A DNA stretch of 64,000 nt from an uncultured bacterium (GCA_964387845.1 CAYLXA010000003.1:1-64000); one strand, 5' to 3'; shown: positions 28,552 to 38,400, counted from the stretch's first letter. Numbers and translations are program-made. Notes: generated by a model not told the origin, from the letters alone.

Positions 28552-30294
28552 CTAAGTTTGTTTTACAACTAAATGCTTAGGGTTAAGTTGAAAAATTTCT
28601 GGATATGTAAATGCGTGCTTATTGTTCTGCTTTTTTATTTTCAAAGCTTGTGCTAAATTTTCAGCGGCATAACCATTGGAAGGCTTCAAACGTAATGCTT
28701 CTAGAAAATGAGAGATTGCTTCTTCTGTTTTTCCCTGGCGCATCAATGCCATTCCCAATGCATTTAAAATAATGGATCTATTATTATCGTCATAACTAAC
28801 ACTAAAGGCCCTTTTTAAATAGATGATGGCTTCTTCAGCTAAATCAGATTTCTCAAATAATTGTCCTAAATTATAATTAGCAACTTCATTATCTGACTCA
28901 AATTCTAATAAACGGGCGTAATATTCACCTGCTTGTCCAGGGTGGCCATATGCCAAAAGCACGCTGGCATAATTAGTATGAGCAATTGATGAATTAGGAT
29001 CTTTTGAAAGAATATGAGCCCATAATGTTTCCTGATTTTTATAAATTGCACATTGCCTCCAGACGAGACATCCAAAACATACTAACAAGGCAGCTGGGAA
29101 AATAATAAATAGACCCTGTATTGCGTTTTTTCCTACTAATCGAAATTGCGGCTCTCCAAAGACTTTGAATATGCATGCAGCTAATACTGTAATAGGGCCT
29201 ATGCTAGCTAAATATTGAAAATGATCAGCTACAAATGAAAAACGCATTGGATAAACATTAAAAAAGCCTAACGCGGGTATTAAAGTAACAACAAAATACA
29301 AAAAAGCTACTAATACGCCTTTTCCTAATTTTTTACGCCATAACCATAAAGCCCCTATAAAAATTATGAATAGAAACGGAATTAAAAGATCTTTGGTCTG
29401 AATATTATCAATATTCCATCTAGGATAAATAAACATTAAATTAGACGGCCACATCAATTTTTCTAAATAAAACCAAAGTGCTTTTCCAGCGATCACCATT
29501 TTTTGAAGTAATGAAAAATCCCATATTGCGCCACGCGCTCCTACAGTTTCTTTTTCAAGAAAAATGGTCAAAAGTCCCATGACAAAACCGATTATAAAAA
29601 AAGGGGTGAGAGGGTAAACATCTTTCCATAAATTGATCTTCCCTCTCTTCCAATAAATAATTAACAAAATAATAATTGGCAAAGAACATGTTACTGTCTT
29701 GCTATGCATTGCACAAACAAACAGGATAAGACTTACAACATAATCCCGTACTTGTTTATTTTTGAATTTATTTTGTTGAATCCAAAAACGGATTGCAAAA
29801 AATAAAGACGCCAGATAAAAGAAGCCTGAGAGTACATTTTTAAGTTCTGAAATCCACGCAACAGATTCTACATGCACTGGATGAACAGCAAAAATTGCCG
29901 CTGCCAGCCAAGAACCTGGGACGGAAAGCTGCCTCAAAACAACCCAAAGCAGGACAGCATTAACAGCATGCAGCACAATATTAACCAAATGATAGCCTGC
30001 GGGGTTTAAGTCCCAAAGATGAAATCCTATCCAGTAAACAGTGTGTACCATGGGGTAATATTGGAGCGTGACGCCAGGCTGGAACCAAACTTTCTGCAGC
30101 CCTTCAAAACTTCGAAGCAGATTGTTAAATACAACGATAACATCATCATCCCATATAAAATCACAATAAGTCGCAGGGATATAAGCAATGATTGGTAAAA
30201 TGAACAAGACGGAACCGAAAAGAATCAAAAGATTCTGGTGATTATTAACGGTTTTAAAACGAAAGAAATTTGAAAGATAACTAAGCGGTTTCAT
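28552..30294 (-). CDS. TMTC/DUF1736-like membrane protein with C-terminal TPR repeats (putative protein O-glycosyltransferase)
   Basis: YYPMVHTVYW...GYHLVNIVLHAVNAVLLWVV is characteristic of the DUF1736/TMTC N-terminus, followed by multiple TM helices and then TPR repeats. Confidence 0.6.
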   Translation of the reverse strand: MKPLSYLSNFFRFKTVNNHQNLLILFGSVLFILPIIAYIPATYCDFIWDDDVIVVFNNLLRSFEGLQKVWFQPGVTLQYYPMVHTVYWIGFHLWDLNPAGYHLVNIVLHAVNAVLLWVVLRQLSVPGSWLAAAIFAVHPVHVESVAWISELKNVLSGFFYLASLFFAIRFWIQQNKFKNKQVRDYVVSLILFVCAMHSKTVTCSLPIIILLIIYWKRGKINLWKDVYPLTPFFIIGFVMGLLTIFLEKETVGARGAIWDFSLLQKMVIAGKALWFYLEKLMWPSNLMFIYPRWNIDNIQTKDLLIPFLFIIFIGALWLWRKKLGKGVLVAFLYFVVTLIPALGFFNVYPMRFSFVADHFQYLASIGPITVLAACIFKVFGEPQFRLVGKNAIQGLFIIFPAALLVCFGCLVWRQCAIYKNQETLWAHILSKDPNSSIAHTNYASVLLAYGHPGQAGEYYARLLEFESDNEVANYNLGQLFEKSDLAEEAIIYLKRAFSVSYDDNNRSIILNALGMALMRQGKTEEAISHFLEALRLKPSNGYAAENLAQALKIKKQNNKHAFTYPEIFQLNPKHLVVKQT

Positions 30295-30311
30295 TAAATT
30301 CAGGAGATTAT

Positions 30312-30352
30312 TTGATATATTCCAAAAAAATGCCCGGCAGATACTTTGCCGG
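30312..30352. terminator. Bidirectional intrinsic terminator AAAAAAATGCCCGGCA-GATACTT-TGCCGGGCATTTTTTT, downstream of the pilin gene
   Basis: A 10-bp GC stem flanked by A- and T-runs. Confidence 0.75.
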
Positions 30353-30383
30353 GCATTTTTTTAAATAAAATAGAACTTAAAGT

Positions 30384-30857
30384 TTATTGACCTTTAAGCA
30401 AAACGTTCACGTCATACTGCTGAGTGGCAGCATAACAACCGCCGCCAGTATAAGAACCATCAACTGTATTGAGAGTGATGGTATTACCCGCACCATTGCA
30501 AACAGCCGGTGTTCCTGCAGCAGAACCATTACGTGTAGCAACCACTAATGGCGCAGCGCCAGACGCAAAATTCCAGTTTGCCGTATTCGGGCTTCCCGCT
30601 AATCCTAAAGTAGACCATATACCTGAATTTGCAACATCTGCCCAAGCTGCAGCAGTTTGACCGCCCATCTGATATCTAGCTTGCAATGTCCGGCCTAAAA
30701 TACCAAGCGTGTTACCGGCTTCGGCGACGCGTGCTTTTTCGGGTTGCGAAACGAGACGCGGTAACACAAGTGCGGCGATAATACCGAGAATCACGATCAC
30801 GATCAACAATTCAACGAGCGTGAATCCCTTCTTATTTTTTCTTAATTTATTTAGCAT
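30384..30857 (-). CDS. pilA: Type IV pilin (major pilin PilA-like)
   Basis: Class III leader MLNKLRKNKKG followed by FTLVELLIVIVILGIIAA. Start re-placed at 30857, with a GGAGG Shine-Dalgarno. Two C-terminal Cys residues. Confidence 0.8.
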   Translation of the reverse strand: MLNKLRKNKKGFTLVELLIVIVILGIIAALVLPRLVSQPEKARVAEAGNTLGILGRTLQARYQMGGQTAAAWADVANSGIWSTLGLAGSPNTANWNFASGAAPLVVATRNGSAAGTPAVCNGAGNTITLNTVDGSYTGGGCYAATQQYDVNVLLKGQ

Positions 30858-30944
30858 GTTTAATTCCTCCTTGTAATCCCCGTAAACCACGGGGCAAACC
30901 TCACGCGAAATTCGCGTTAAGGTGCTTATTTATTAAGCCAGTTT

Positions 30945-31400
30945 TCAGATAGCAGATGTCAGAAAACAGAAGTCAGACATAAAATTTTTTCCAACTTTTA
31001 ATGAGCGAATAAAGCATTGCATTGACTTCATCATATTTTGCATCCAATTTTTCGTGGACGGATTTTTCGATATAGCCACAATCAAGCGAGAAATCCAACC
31101 AACCTCTTGTCTCTTCGCTTGAACCAAAAGCATCGTTCAAATGCCGAATAAACAATTGTTCGTACTTTCTTTTTGCATACCCTTCTCGGATATTGATAGC
31201 TACCGATCTAGAGGATCTTCTGATTTGGTCAGTTAAAGAGTAGGTTTCTGGTTTGGGAAACTTTTTTGTGATTTCGAAAACGTCCAATGCAAGATTATAA
31301 GCTATGTTATAGACCTTTAAATCTTTGACAATTTTTATCACACGCTTAGTTCCTAAACTTTAACCTTCTGATTTCTGACTTCAGTCCTCCGACTTCTGTA
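30945..31400. mobile_element. IVS-like inverted-repeat element of about 456 bp carrying a four-helix-bundle gene. Arms are CAGAAnn/TTCTGAn heptamer arrays at 30945-30979 and 31365-31400.
   Basis: Arms read directly. The ORF sits in the loop. Confidence 0.6.
30973..31341 (-). CDS. Four-helix-bundle protein (23S rRNA intervening-sequence protein / Avd-like family)
   Basis: N-terminus YNIAYNLALDVFEITKKFPK...QIRRSSRSVAINIREGYAKR is typical of the family. GTG start with an AGGAA Shine-Dalgarno. Confidence 0.8.
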   Translation of the reverse strand: MIKIVKDLKVYNIAYNLALDVFEITKKFPKPETYSLTDQIRRSSRSVAINIREGYAKRKYEQLFIRHLNDAFGSSEETRGWLDFSLDCGYIEKSVHEKLDAKYDEVNAMLYSLIKSWKKFYV

Positions 31401-31526
31401 ATCATATTAGAAAGAGCTAAATTAAGTATCGCCTCGGTTAATTATCAAGTCAACAGCAGAAAACCTACCCACTTGGCTTACTTTAACGGCTTAATAAGTC
31501 CGATTCTTGATTGTGAGTTTTCAGTC

Positions 31527-32804
31527 TTAACCTCCGCCTGTAGAGATTGCAATAAGCGGTAGAAACATCGATATAACCAGTGTTCCAACTACAAGACCCA
31601 TAAATAAAATGATCATCGGCTCAATCGATACTGAAATCCGTTGAATGGTGGCATCAACCCGCTCTTCATAAAAATTAGAAATGACATCTAAAAACTTTTC
31701 AAGCGCGCCACTTTCCTCTCCGACAGAAATCAGCTGAGTTACAAATACGGGAAATACATTATATTTAGCAAGCGGCGCCGCCAAGGAATGGCCTTGCTTG
31801 ACATCCTCCCGCGCGACCATGATCCGGTCTTCAATGACAGAATTTCCGACAAGCCGGGATGAGATTTCGAGCGCATGCAGAATCGAAATACCGGACTTGA
31901 CCATTGTCGAAAGACCTCGGCAAAACCTGACAATTGCGATTTCAAGCAAGAAATCTTTCATCAAAGGAATCTGTAACTTCATCATATCAAGAATTTTTTT
32001 GGAGGATTTGTTTCGAGACATGCTGGTATAAATTACTACGGTCACGATAATCATTAATAAAATAAAAAGAGAATTGTGCTGCATGAAACGGCTTGTATCA
32101 AGAACAAACTGAGTAATCTCTGGAAGTTTCCGGCCGCCGCCCATACTTTTAAATACTTGTTCAAAAGTTGGGATTACTTTGATCATAAATATTGCGATGG
32201 CGCCGACAGAAAATGAAAGCAGAATAGCAGGGTAAATCATTGCTGATGTTACTTTGCGTTTGAACTTTTCGCTTGTTTCCTGATATTTATAAATCTCCTC
32301 TAAAACATCCGGCAAAGTGCCGCTCGCTTCGCCGGCTTCAATCAATCCAAGCCAAAAAGGTGGAAATACTTTTGGATAATCCGCTAAAGAATTGCTCAAG
32401 CTAAATCCTTGGCTGATTTTATCGATCGTGGAATGAATGACGCGTTTTAAGAGGCCTGCTTTAAGCCCCTGTTCAATAATAGAAAGTGATTTTAAGATCG
32501 GGACACCGGCCCGCAAAAGCGCTATCAGCTGGATAAAAAAAGAAGTAAGATCGCTGCCTTTAACACTTTCGAAAAGCGTAATCTCGCCAAACGGTTTTTT
32601 TGTACCCTCGGCCTTTTTTTGCTTGCTGCTTGAAGCGCCGAAACCAAAAAGGCCTTTTGCCTTTCCGCCTTCTTCAACGGAAAGGATCAAATAACCTTCA
32701 TTCTGAAGCTGCTGGACAATTTGATCGGGCCGTTCGGCCTCTCGGACAAACTGCTCCAACTTTGCATCTGCTTCACGCTTTTTAGCACGGATGGTGAATT
32801 TCAT
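31527..32804 (-). CDS. pilC: Type IV pilus assembly inner-membrane platform protein PilC (GspF family)
   Basis: Duplicated GspF domains and three TM segments. Start re-placed at the ATG at 32804, because the annotated N-terminal 9 codons are a translated repeat arm. Confidence 0.85.
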   Translation of the reverse strand: MKFTIRAKKREADAKLEQFVREAERPDQIVQQLQNEGYLILSVEEGGKAKGLFGFGASSSKQKKAEGTKKPFGEITLFESVKGSDLTSFFIQLIALLRAGVPILKSLSIIEQGLKAGLLKRVIHSTIDKISQGFSLSNSLADYPKVFPPFWLGLIEAGEASGTLPDVLEEIYKYQETSEKFKRKVTSAMIYPAILLSFSVGAIAIFMIKVIPTFEQVFKSMGGGRKLPEITQFVLDTSRFMQHNSLFILLMIIVTVVIYTSMSRNKSSKKILDMMKLQIPLMKDFLLEIAIVRFCRGLSTMVKSGISILHALEISSRLVGNSVIEDRIMVAREDVKQGHSLAAPLAKYNVFPVFVTQLISVGEESGALEKFLDVISNFYEERVDATIQRISVSIEPMIILFMGLVVGTLVISMFLPLIAISTGGG

Positions 32805-32805
32805 G

Positions 32806-33263
32806 TTCAAGCTCCAAGCTACAAGCTTCAAGCCACAGGCTTCAAGCCTTTAACAACAGTTTCTCTAAAGCGATATAATTCCTTGCCTAGCTTTTCATAT
32901 TTGCTCATTACTGCATTAAAAACAGATTCATCTTTTAAAGATTGAGTATCAAACAATAATTGCAAATGTTCTTTGGTTTCATCGCACGATGCGATTGCAT
33001 ATGTCAAATATCGTATAAACTCTTGTTGATATTGTTTTCGACCAAATCCTTCGACAATTGCCGCCGGAATTGATTTTGCTGATCGCCTTATTTGGCTACC
33101 TTCTTCATACATTTCTATCTTTGGCAATTTTTGAATCGTCATACTATGAACTTCAACTGCTAATTCATGAGCCAATTTGTATACCCTTAAATCCTTATAA
33201 CTTTGCTTTATCATTTACGCTTTAAGCTTTAAGCCTGAAGCTTGCAGCTTGTAGCCTGAAACC
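32806..33263. mobile_element. IVS-like inverted-repeat element of about 458 bp carrying a four-helix-bundle gene. Arms are family-B CAAGCnn heptamers at 32806-32848 and 33218-33263.
   Basis: Arms read directly. The element exactly fills the pilB-pilC junction. Confidence 0.6.
32828..33214 (-). CDS. Four-helix-bundle protein (23S rRNA IVS protein / Avd-like family), second copy
   Basis: N-terminus YKLAHELAVEVHSMTIQKLPK...QIRRSAKSIPAAIVEGFGRK. The last 7 codons and the stop lie inside the repeat arm. Confidence 0.8.
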   Translation of the reverse strand: MIKQSYKDLRVYKLAHELAVEVHSMTIQKLPKIEMYEEGSQIRRSAKSIPAAIVEGFGRKQYQQEFIRYLTYAIASCDETKEHLQLLFDTQSLKDESVFNAVMSKYEKLGKELYRFRETVVKGLKPVA

Positions 33264-33264
33264 G

Positions 33265-35448
33265 CTATTCATACGCCACACTCAAAACTTCCTCTAATGT
33301 TGTAACACCCTCTTCAACTTTCCGGACACCGCTGTCGAAAAGAGTTGCTATGCCGGCTTTTTTCTCAGCTTCCCTAAGCAGCTCGATCGGCTCATTGCGG
33401 GCAATCACGCTGCGCATTTCTTCCGTAATCGGCATGATTTCATAAATCGCAACACGGCCCCAGTAACCGATGTCGCGGCAATCTTTGCATCCTTTGGCTT
33501 TGTATATTTTTCGGACATTCAGCCGGAAATCCTTCATTTCTTTATCAGACGCTTCATAGGGCTCTTTACAGCTTGGGCACAATTTACGGACTAGGCGCTG
33601 CGCACCGATTAGAATCAAACTCGAAGCCACTAGATAAGGCTTCACACCAATATCAATGAGCCGCGTGACGGCCGTAGGCGCGTCATTCGTGTGCAACGTG
33701 CTCAAGACCAAATGACCCGTGAGTGCCGCACGCACACAAACATCGGCTGTTTCTTCATCGCGGACTTCGCCGACGAGGATAATGTCGGGATCTTGACGCA
33801 AAAATGCGCGCAAACCGGTTGCAAACGTAAGGCCAATGTCGGGCTTTACCTGCACCTGACCGACACCCTGCATTTGAAATTCGACCGGGTCTTCGATGGT
33901 TAAAATATTCGTTTCGGTAGATTTGACGAAATCAATTGCAGCATAAAGCGTCGTCGTTTTTCCGCTCCCGGTCGGGCCCGTGATATAAATAAGGCCATAC
34001 GGTTTTTCAACTGCATCCTGAAAAGCTTTAAGCTGTTTTTCATCAAACCCCAGGTCTTTGAGGCCTTTTAAGCCAGCACCTTTATCCAAAAGACGCATCA
34101 CGACCCGCTCTCCGAACACCACCGGAACCGTTGAAACACGGACGTCGATATTGCGGCTTTTGTAGGTAATTGAAAACGAGCCGTCCTGCGGGATTCTTTT
34201 TTCGGCGATATCCAACTTAGATAAAATTTTGACGCGTGAGACAACTGCCAAATGCATCTGTTTCGGGGGCGGCGGAAGTTCATACAAAATTCCATCAAGC
34301 CGGTAACGGACAATAAGGCGGTCTTCAAACGGTTCAATGTGAATATCGCTCGCACGGTCTTCGATGGCTTTTTTGAGAAGCAAATCGACAAATCGAATAA
34401 CGGGCGGCTGGTCGGCCTCAGCCATGCGTTCGGCAAGCATGACGCGGCCTTCTGTAACACCGCGGGCAGCTGACTTAGTTTCGGCCTCCATTTGCTTGCC
34501 GGTCACGACTTCTTCTAGCTGAATATCGCCGTAGAAGCTTTGGAGCTTTGCGCGCAAATCATTCGGCGTTGCGAGTACCGGAATAATTTCAAGGCCTGTT
34601 ATTTTTTTAAGATCGTCTAAAAGCAAAAGATCAAAAGGTTTCGCAAACGCGACTGTCAAATTTTTTCCGGACCTGAAAAGCGGAAGCGCAAACCTCTCCT
34701 TTGCAATTTTCTCCGGGAAAATGTCTTTTAACCTTTGGTCAGCCCGGGGATTAAGCTGATCACCCACCATAACCGGCAAATTAAGCTGTTGCGACAAAGC
34801 TACCATAATATCCGTCTCTCGCCGGACAAAACGCATGGTGACTAAGATTTCACCGAGCGGGGCACCTGTCTTTTTTTGATCTGCGAGCGCCTGTTGAAGC
34901 TGATCTTCTGAAATCAAACCCTGGCGGACTAAAATCTCGCCGAGCTTGAGCTTGCGCATGCTGGTTTTAACATCGGCAGACGCGTTTGGCTTATCACTTT
35001 CCTTAAATTCGGTTTTATAAAATGCGTCGATTTTAGCTTCTAAATCCTGTTTGTGCGCAAGCACAGGATCAATATCAAGACTGGTTGCTTTTTTGATATC
35101 GGAAAGAACGTCCGGCGTAAAATTATATGAGAAAGCAACGGTTAGTTTTCCTTCGGTTTTTGAAATGGGCAGCGCTAAATATTTCCGCGCCACAGCTTCG
35201 GGAAAAGCGTACTTGAGTTTCTGATCAGCGTGAGGGATCAGCTGATCACCGATTAAAATCTGAAGTTTATAAATTTGTGAGACAGCAACTACCAGGTCTG
35301 TTTCGCGGCGGATAAAATTGTTCTTGAGGAGAATATCGCCAATCGGCGCCTTACTGTCCTTTTGCTCTGACAGTGCCCGAGACAACTGCTCGGCACTCAT
35401 CAGGCCTTGGCTTACTAAAACATCGCCAAGTGAAGATGGGTCACTCAT
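33265..35448 (-). CDS. pilB: Type IV pilus assembly ATPase PilB (GspE family) with two tandem N-terminal MshEN/T2SSE_N domains
   Basis: Walker A GPTGSGKT, Asp box, His box, and a CxxC...CxxC tetracysteine motif. 727 aa. Confidence 0.9.
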   Translation of the reverse strand: MSDPSSLGDVLVSQGLMSAEQLSRALSEQKDSKAPIGDILLKNNFIRRETDLVVAVSQIYKLQILIGDQLIPHADQKLKYAFPEAVARKYLALPISKTEGKLTVAFSYNFTPDVLSDIKKATSLDIDPVLAHKQDLEAKIDAFYKTEFKESDKPNASADVKTSMRKLKLGEILVRQGLISEDQLQQALADQKKTGAPLGEILVTMRFVRRETDIMVALSQQLNLPVMVGDQLNPRADQRLKDIFPEKIAKERFALPLFRSGKNLTVAFAKPFDLLLLDDLKKITGLEIIPVLATPNDLRAKLQSFYGDIQLEEVVTGKQMEAETKSAARGVTEGRVMLAERMAEADQPPVIRFVDLLLKKAIEDRASDIHIEPFEDRLIVRYRLDGILYELPPPPKQMHLAVVSRVKILSKLDIAEKRIPQDGSFSITYKSRNIDVRVSTVPVVFGERVVMRLLDKGAGLKGLKDLGFDEKQLKAFQDAVEKPYGLIYITGPTGSGKTTTLYAAIDFVKSTETNILTIEDPVEFQMQGVGQVQVKPDIGLTFATGLRAFLRQDPDIILVGEVRDEETADVCVRAALTGHLVLSTLHTNDAPTAVTRLIDIGVKPYLVASSLILIGAQRLVRKLCPSCKEPYEASDKEMKDFRLNVRKIYKAKGCKDCRDIGYWGRVAIYEIMPITEEMRSVIARNEPIELLREAEKKAGIATLFDSGVRKVEEGVTTLEEVLSVAYE

Positions 35449-35453
35449 AAACG

Positions 35454-37472
35454 CTATGCGGGCTTCACCCGCAGAGGCGATGCGGCAGCTGAACCTTGAG
35501 GCGGAATTCCTTGATTTGCAGGCGCAGCCAAGGGTGTTGGGTTTTCCTCTGTTTTTGCAACCGCCTCTTTGGAAAGACCGGTGATCAAAGACGGTTGATC
35601 AGTTTCTTCTGAGTTTTCAGGCTGATTAGTTAGCGTGTTTGAATCAGACGAGGTCGTTTCTTTTTCTATTGATTCAGCAGCTACCGGTTCTCCGGACCCT
35701 TCCGCTGTGATTCCGATCGGCCAAGAATTGGTCGGTGCCGAAACGGTATTGAGCTTCTGGCTTTCAAGTTGAAGCGCCTGTTCTATTACTTTATTACGCT
35801 CGTCAAAAAACTGATCAACTTCCTCGCTGGCATCCTGGCCTTTGCTTCGATATCTTTCTTTAAACCAGGGTTTATCCCAAAACTTCCAAAACTCACTTGT
35901 TTCCTCTTCCATAGAAGTCATTTTGTCCGGAATAGACCGCGCTTGAACGATCCTGGAGTCTTCTCGCTTCACAATAACCGGCCTTAAGAAAATCATGAGT
36001 TCCCGGTCTAGTTTGTTGGTGGTCCATTTAGTAAAAAATGCACCAAAAAACGGTATATCACCCAAAATGGGGACCTTTCGGCGGATTTTAACCTCATCAC
36101 GCTGTAAGAGACCGCTGATTGAAATGACTTTACCGCTTTCAACCGAAAGCGTAGTACGAGTAGCGCGGATTCTGGGGTCGCGGAAATCCGTGTTGAATGT
36201 GGATGTATCTGCTGTAGCGTAACGGGGTTCTAAAAGTAATGTGATGTAATTTTCATCGTTGATGAGCGGTGTAACTTTCAACGTGACACCTGTTTCCGAC
36301 CGCTCGGCTGTTTCGGTGGTTAAATTTTCACCCGCTCCGCCGCCCGCCGAAACCTGGCTATTAACACCGATTACTTCATTGACCGTGATTTTAATAAAAG
36401 CCGGCTCGTTGTCTAAAACGAGAACTCTTGGCTTCGCGAGAACTTTTGTCCGAGAATCAGTTTGAAGGGCTCGTAAAGTGGCGGTCATTTGGCTGAAATC
36501 ATAACTACCGAAGGACAGCCCTGTTCCTTCTTCAAGTAAATCATGATTATCGGGAATTAAATCTCCAAATTGATTTATTGATGGTATATTAAAAACACCT
36601 CTCGCACCAGAAATTGTACCCAGAGAATTGTTTTCCCCAGACCCGTTCCCCCAATCAGTGCCTAAGTATTTGTCAAAATCGGTCGCTGTTTCCAAAATGA
36701 TTGCTTCGATCAAAACTTGATCAAGCGGATGATCAAGAATGGTTACGACTTTTTCAATTTGCTCAAGACGGTCCGGGGTGTCGGTCACAATCAGGCTGTT
36801 GGTTCTGTCATCAACGGTTACTTTGCCGCGCGGGCTCAACAAATCTTCAATTGTATCTTTAATTTCACTCGGCTCACCACCTGATACAGTTGCCGATGTT
36901 CCAATGCTTGAAGAGCCTACGCCGACACCAGAGCCTGTGGAAGACCCTGAAGAGCCGCCTGCCGAGCTTGATGTTGATTCGCTCAAGCTAAGTACTTTAA
37001 CTTTTGCCGCTCTTACGTATTTTAATTTAAAAACGCGTGTCTCAAGCGGAGCTAATGCATCTTCACCTGTGATACCGCGGATTAAAATAATGTTGCTTGC
37101 GCCCACTTTCTGCATAACCAGGCTATTGCCTTTGATGATTGCCTCCAAAGCATCATCAAACGAAACATTGTCCAAGAATAAACTGATTTTCTTTTTTGCG
37201 GCGTCTTCTGAAGTAACAAAATTAGCGCCCGAAAGCGAAGAAAGGACTTTGAGAACCTCGCTCAAACCAACATCCGAAAACTCGATTGACAGCTTTCCTT
37301 CTTCAGATTCCTTGATATTGGCAACCGGCGCTTCGGCTGTCTCGGTGCTGTAGGCAGATTGATCGTAATCATATTCGGCAGCATTGGCAGGCATCCCAAA
37401 AGAAAAGATGAGACAAACAATAAGAAGCTGGGGTGTGATTATATGATTAAAATGTATCTTAGATAGGTGCAT
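35454..37472 (-). CDS. pilQ: Type IV pilus secretin PilQ
   Basis: Secretin C-domain (VPILGDIPFFGAFF...LMIFLRPVIV) followed by an S/G-rich low-complexity region. Confidence 0.8.
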   Translation of the reverse strand: MHLSKIHFNHIITPQLLIVCLIFSFGMPANAAEYDYDQSAYSTETAEAPVANIKESEEGKLSIEFSDVGLSEVLKVLSSLSGANFVTSEDAAKKKISLFLDNVSFDDALEAIIKGNSLVMQKVGASNIILIRGITGEDALAPLETRVFKLKYVRAAKVKVLSLSESTSSSAGGSSGSSTGSGVGVGSSSIGTSATVSGGEPSEIKDTIEDLLSPRGKVTVDDRTNSLIVTDTPDRLEQIEKVVTILDHPLDQVLIEAIILETATDFDKYLGTDWGNGSGENNSLGTISGARGVFNIPSINQFGDLIPDNHDLLEEGTGLSFGSYDFSQMTATLRALQTDSRTKVLAKPRVLVLDNEPAFIKITVNEVIGVNSQVSAGGGAGENLTTETAERSETGVTLKVTPLINDENYITLLLEPRYATADTSTFNTDFRDPRIRATRTTLSVESGKVISISGLLQRDEVKIRRKVPILGDIPFFGAFFTKWTTNKLDRELMIFLRPVIVKREDSRIVQARSIPDKMTSMEEETSEFWKFWDKPWFKERYRSKGQDASEEVDQFFDERNKVIEQALQLESQKLNTVSAPTNSWPIGITAEGSGEPVAAESIEKETTSSDSNTLTNQPENSEETDQPSLITGLSKEAVAKTEENPTPLAAPANQGIPPQGSAAASPLRVKPA

Positions 37473-37480
37473 GTAGGGTT

Positions 37481-37846
37481 TTAGCGCTTTTTTATCGGTA
37501 AAGTCTCCGTAATACCATCAGATAAAATATCGACTGATGTTTCGCCAATCTTAACTACCGTAATTCCACCCTTATTTTCCCCTTCGGCATAAGCCTGCCC
37601 ATCAATAATTACATAAGCACCGCGCGGGCCTCTTCCGACGCCTTGCACTTGAAAACTTGACTTTTCAACTCGTTTGACAGCTTCCTTCTTAGCTTTTTGG
37701 AAAATGCTCATTTCCTGAGGAACCATAGGGTCCCGCAGTCTTTGAACCGGTTGCGGTTCCTCTGCAAAACATACTGCGTGAACGCCTGCTATTAGAATAG
37801 CCCCAAATATGATGAAAACAAGCTTTAATTTAATGAATGGTCGCAT
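37481..37846 (-). CDS. PilP-like pilus assembly lipoprotein/periplasmic protein
   Basis: Position between pilO and pilQ. Small beta-domain (GAYVIIDGQAYAEGE). Confidence 0.45.
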   Translation of the reverse strand: MRPFIKLKLVFIIFGAILIAGVHAVCFAEEPQPVQRLRDPMVPQEMSIFQKAKKEAVKRVEKSSFQVQGVGRGPRGAYVIIDGQAYAEGENKGGITVVKIGETSVDILSDGITETLPIKKR

Positions 37847-38400
37847 TAATTCACCATAAAAACGCTGATATCGAGCTGTATTTTTTTATCGATGATATCA
37901 TCATCGCCACGACCGGCAGAAAATCTTCTTCTTTCCAATTCAAAGCCATTTAATTTGATAACAGAGGGAATTAAAAAATAGGGTGCTGACTCAATTTTTT
38001 TCAGAAACTGCAATACCTGAAGGTAATTGCCCTTTGCATCAAGCGTTAATGTCATCTTTACAAAATTAGTACCGAGTAGAGCCTCTTCTTTTGGATCAAT
38101 AGCCGCAACATCAATGCCTTGTTCTCTGGCCCAGTTGGCAACTTCACGAATCACATTATTTTTGTCTTTTGCAAGCGGAAACGCTTTCAAAATATCTTTC
38201 TCTTTCTTTGATAGCTCTGAAAGCTGCTCAATTGCTTTCGTCTTGCGGTTGGCCTCGGAAATATTTCTTCGTAGCAAATTAAGTTCGGCCATAGAATGTG
38301 AGACCACGTAAGAAAATGCGGCCAAAAGCGCAATCGATGCTATTGCGGGAAATAATACTTTCTTTTGAGCTTCTGTTAACGCCAAACTTCTCTTTGCCAT
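37846..38400 (-). CDS. PilO-like pilus assembly protein
   Basis: N-terminal TM helix and coiled coil, then an alpha/beta domain. ATGA overlap with the PilP-like gene. Confidence 0.5.
   Translation of the reverse strand: MAKRSLALTEAQKKVLFPAIASIALLAAFSYVVSHSMAELNLLRRNISEANRKTKAIEQLSELSKKEKDILKAFPLAKDKNNVIREVANWAREQGIDVAAIDPKEEALLGTNFVKMTLTLDAKGNYLQVLQFLKKIESAPYFLIPSVIKLNGFELERRRFSAGRGDDDIIDKKIQLDISVFMVN

Noticed and set aside
30858-30960. Possible sigma-54 promoter (GG...GC) upstream of pilA
   Set aside because: The best candidate, TGGCTTAATAAATAAGCA, has 12 nt between GG and GC rather than the required 10. The perfect palindrome CGCGAAATTCGCG at 30903-30915 was noted but not called.
32805-32831. 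Annotated N-terminal extension MKLVAWSLN of PilC
   Set aside because: These codons are a translation of the family-B repeat arm. The ATG at 32804 gives a conventional PilC N-terminus.
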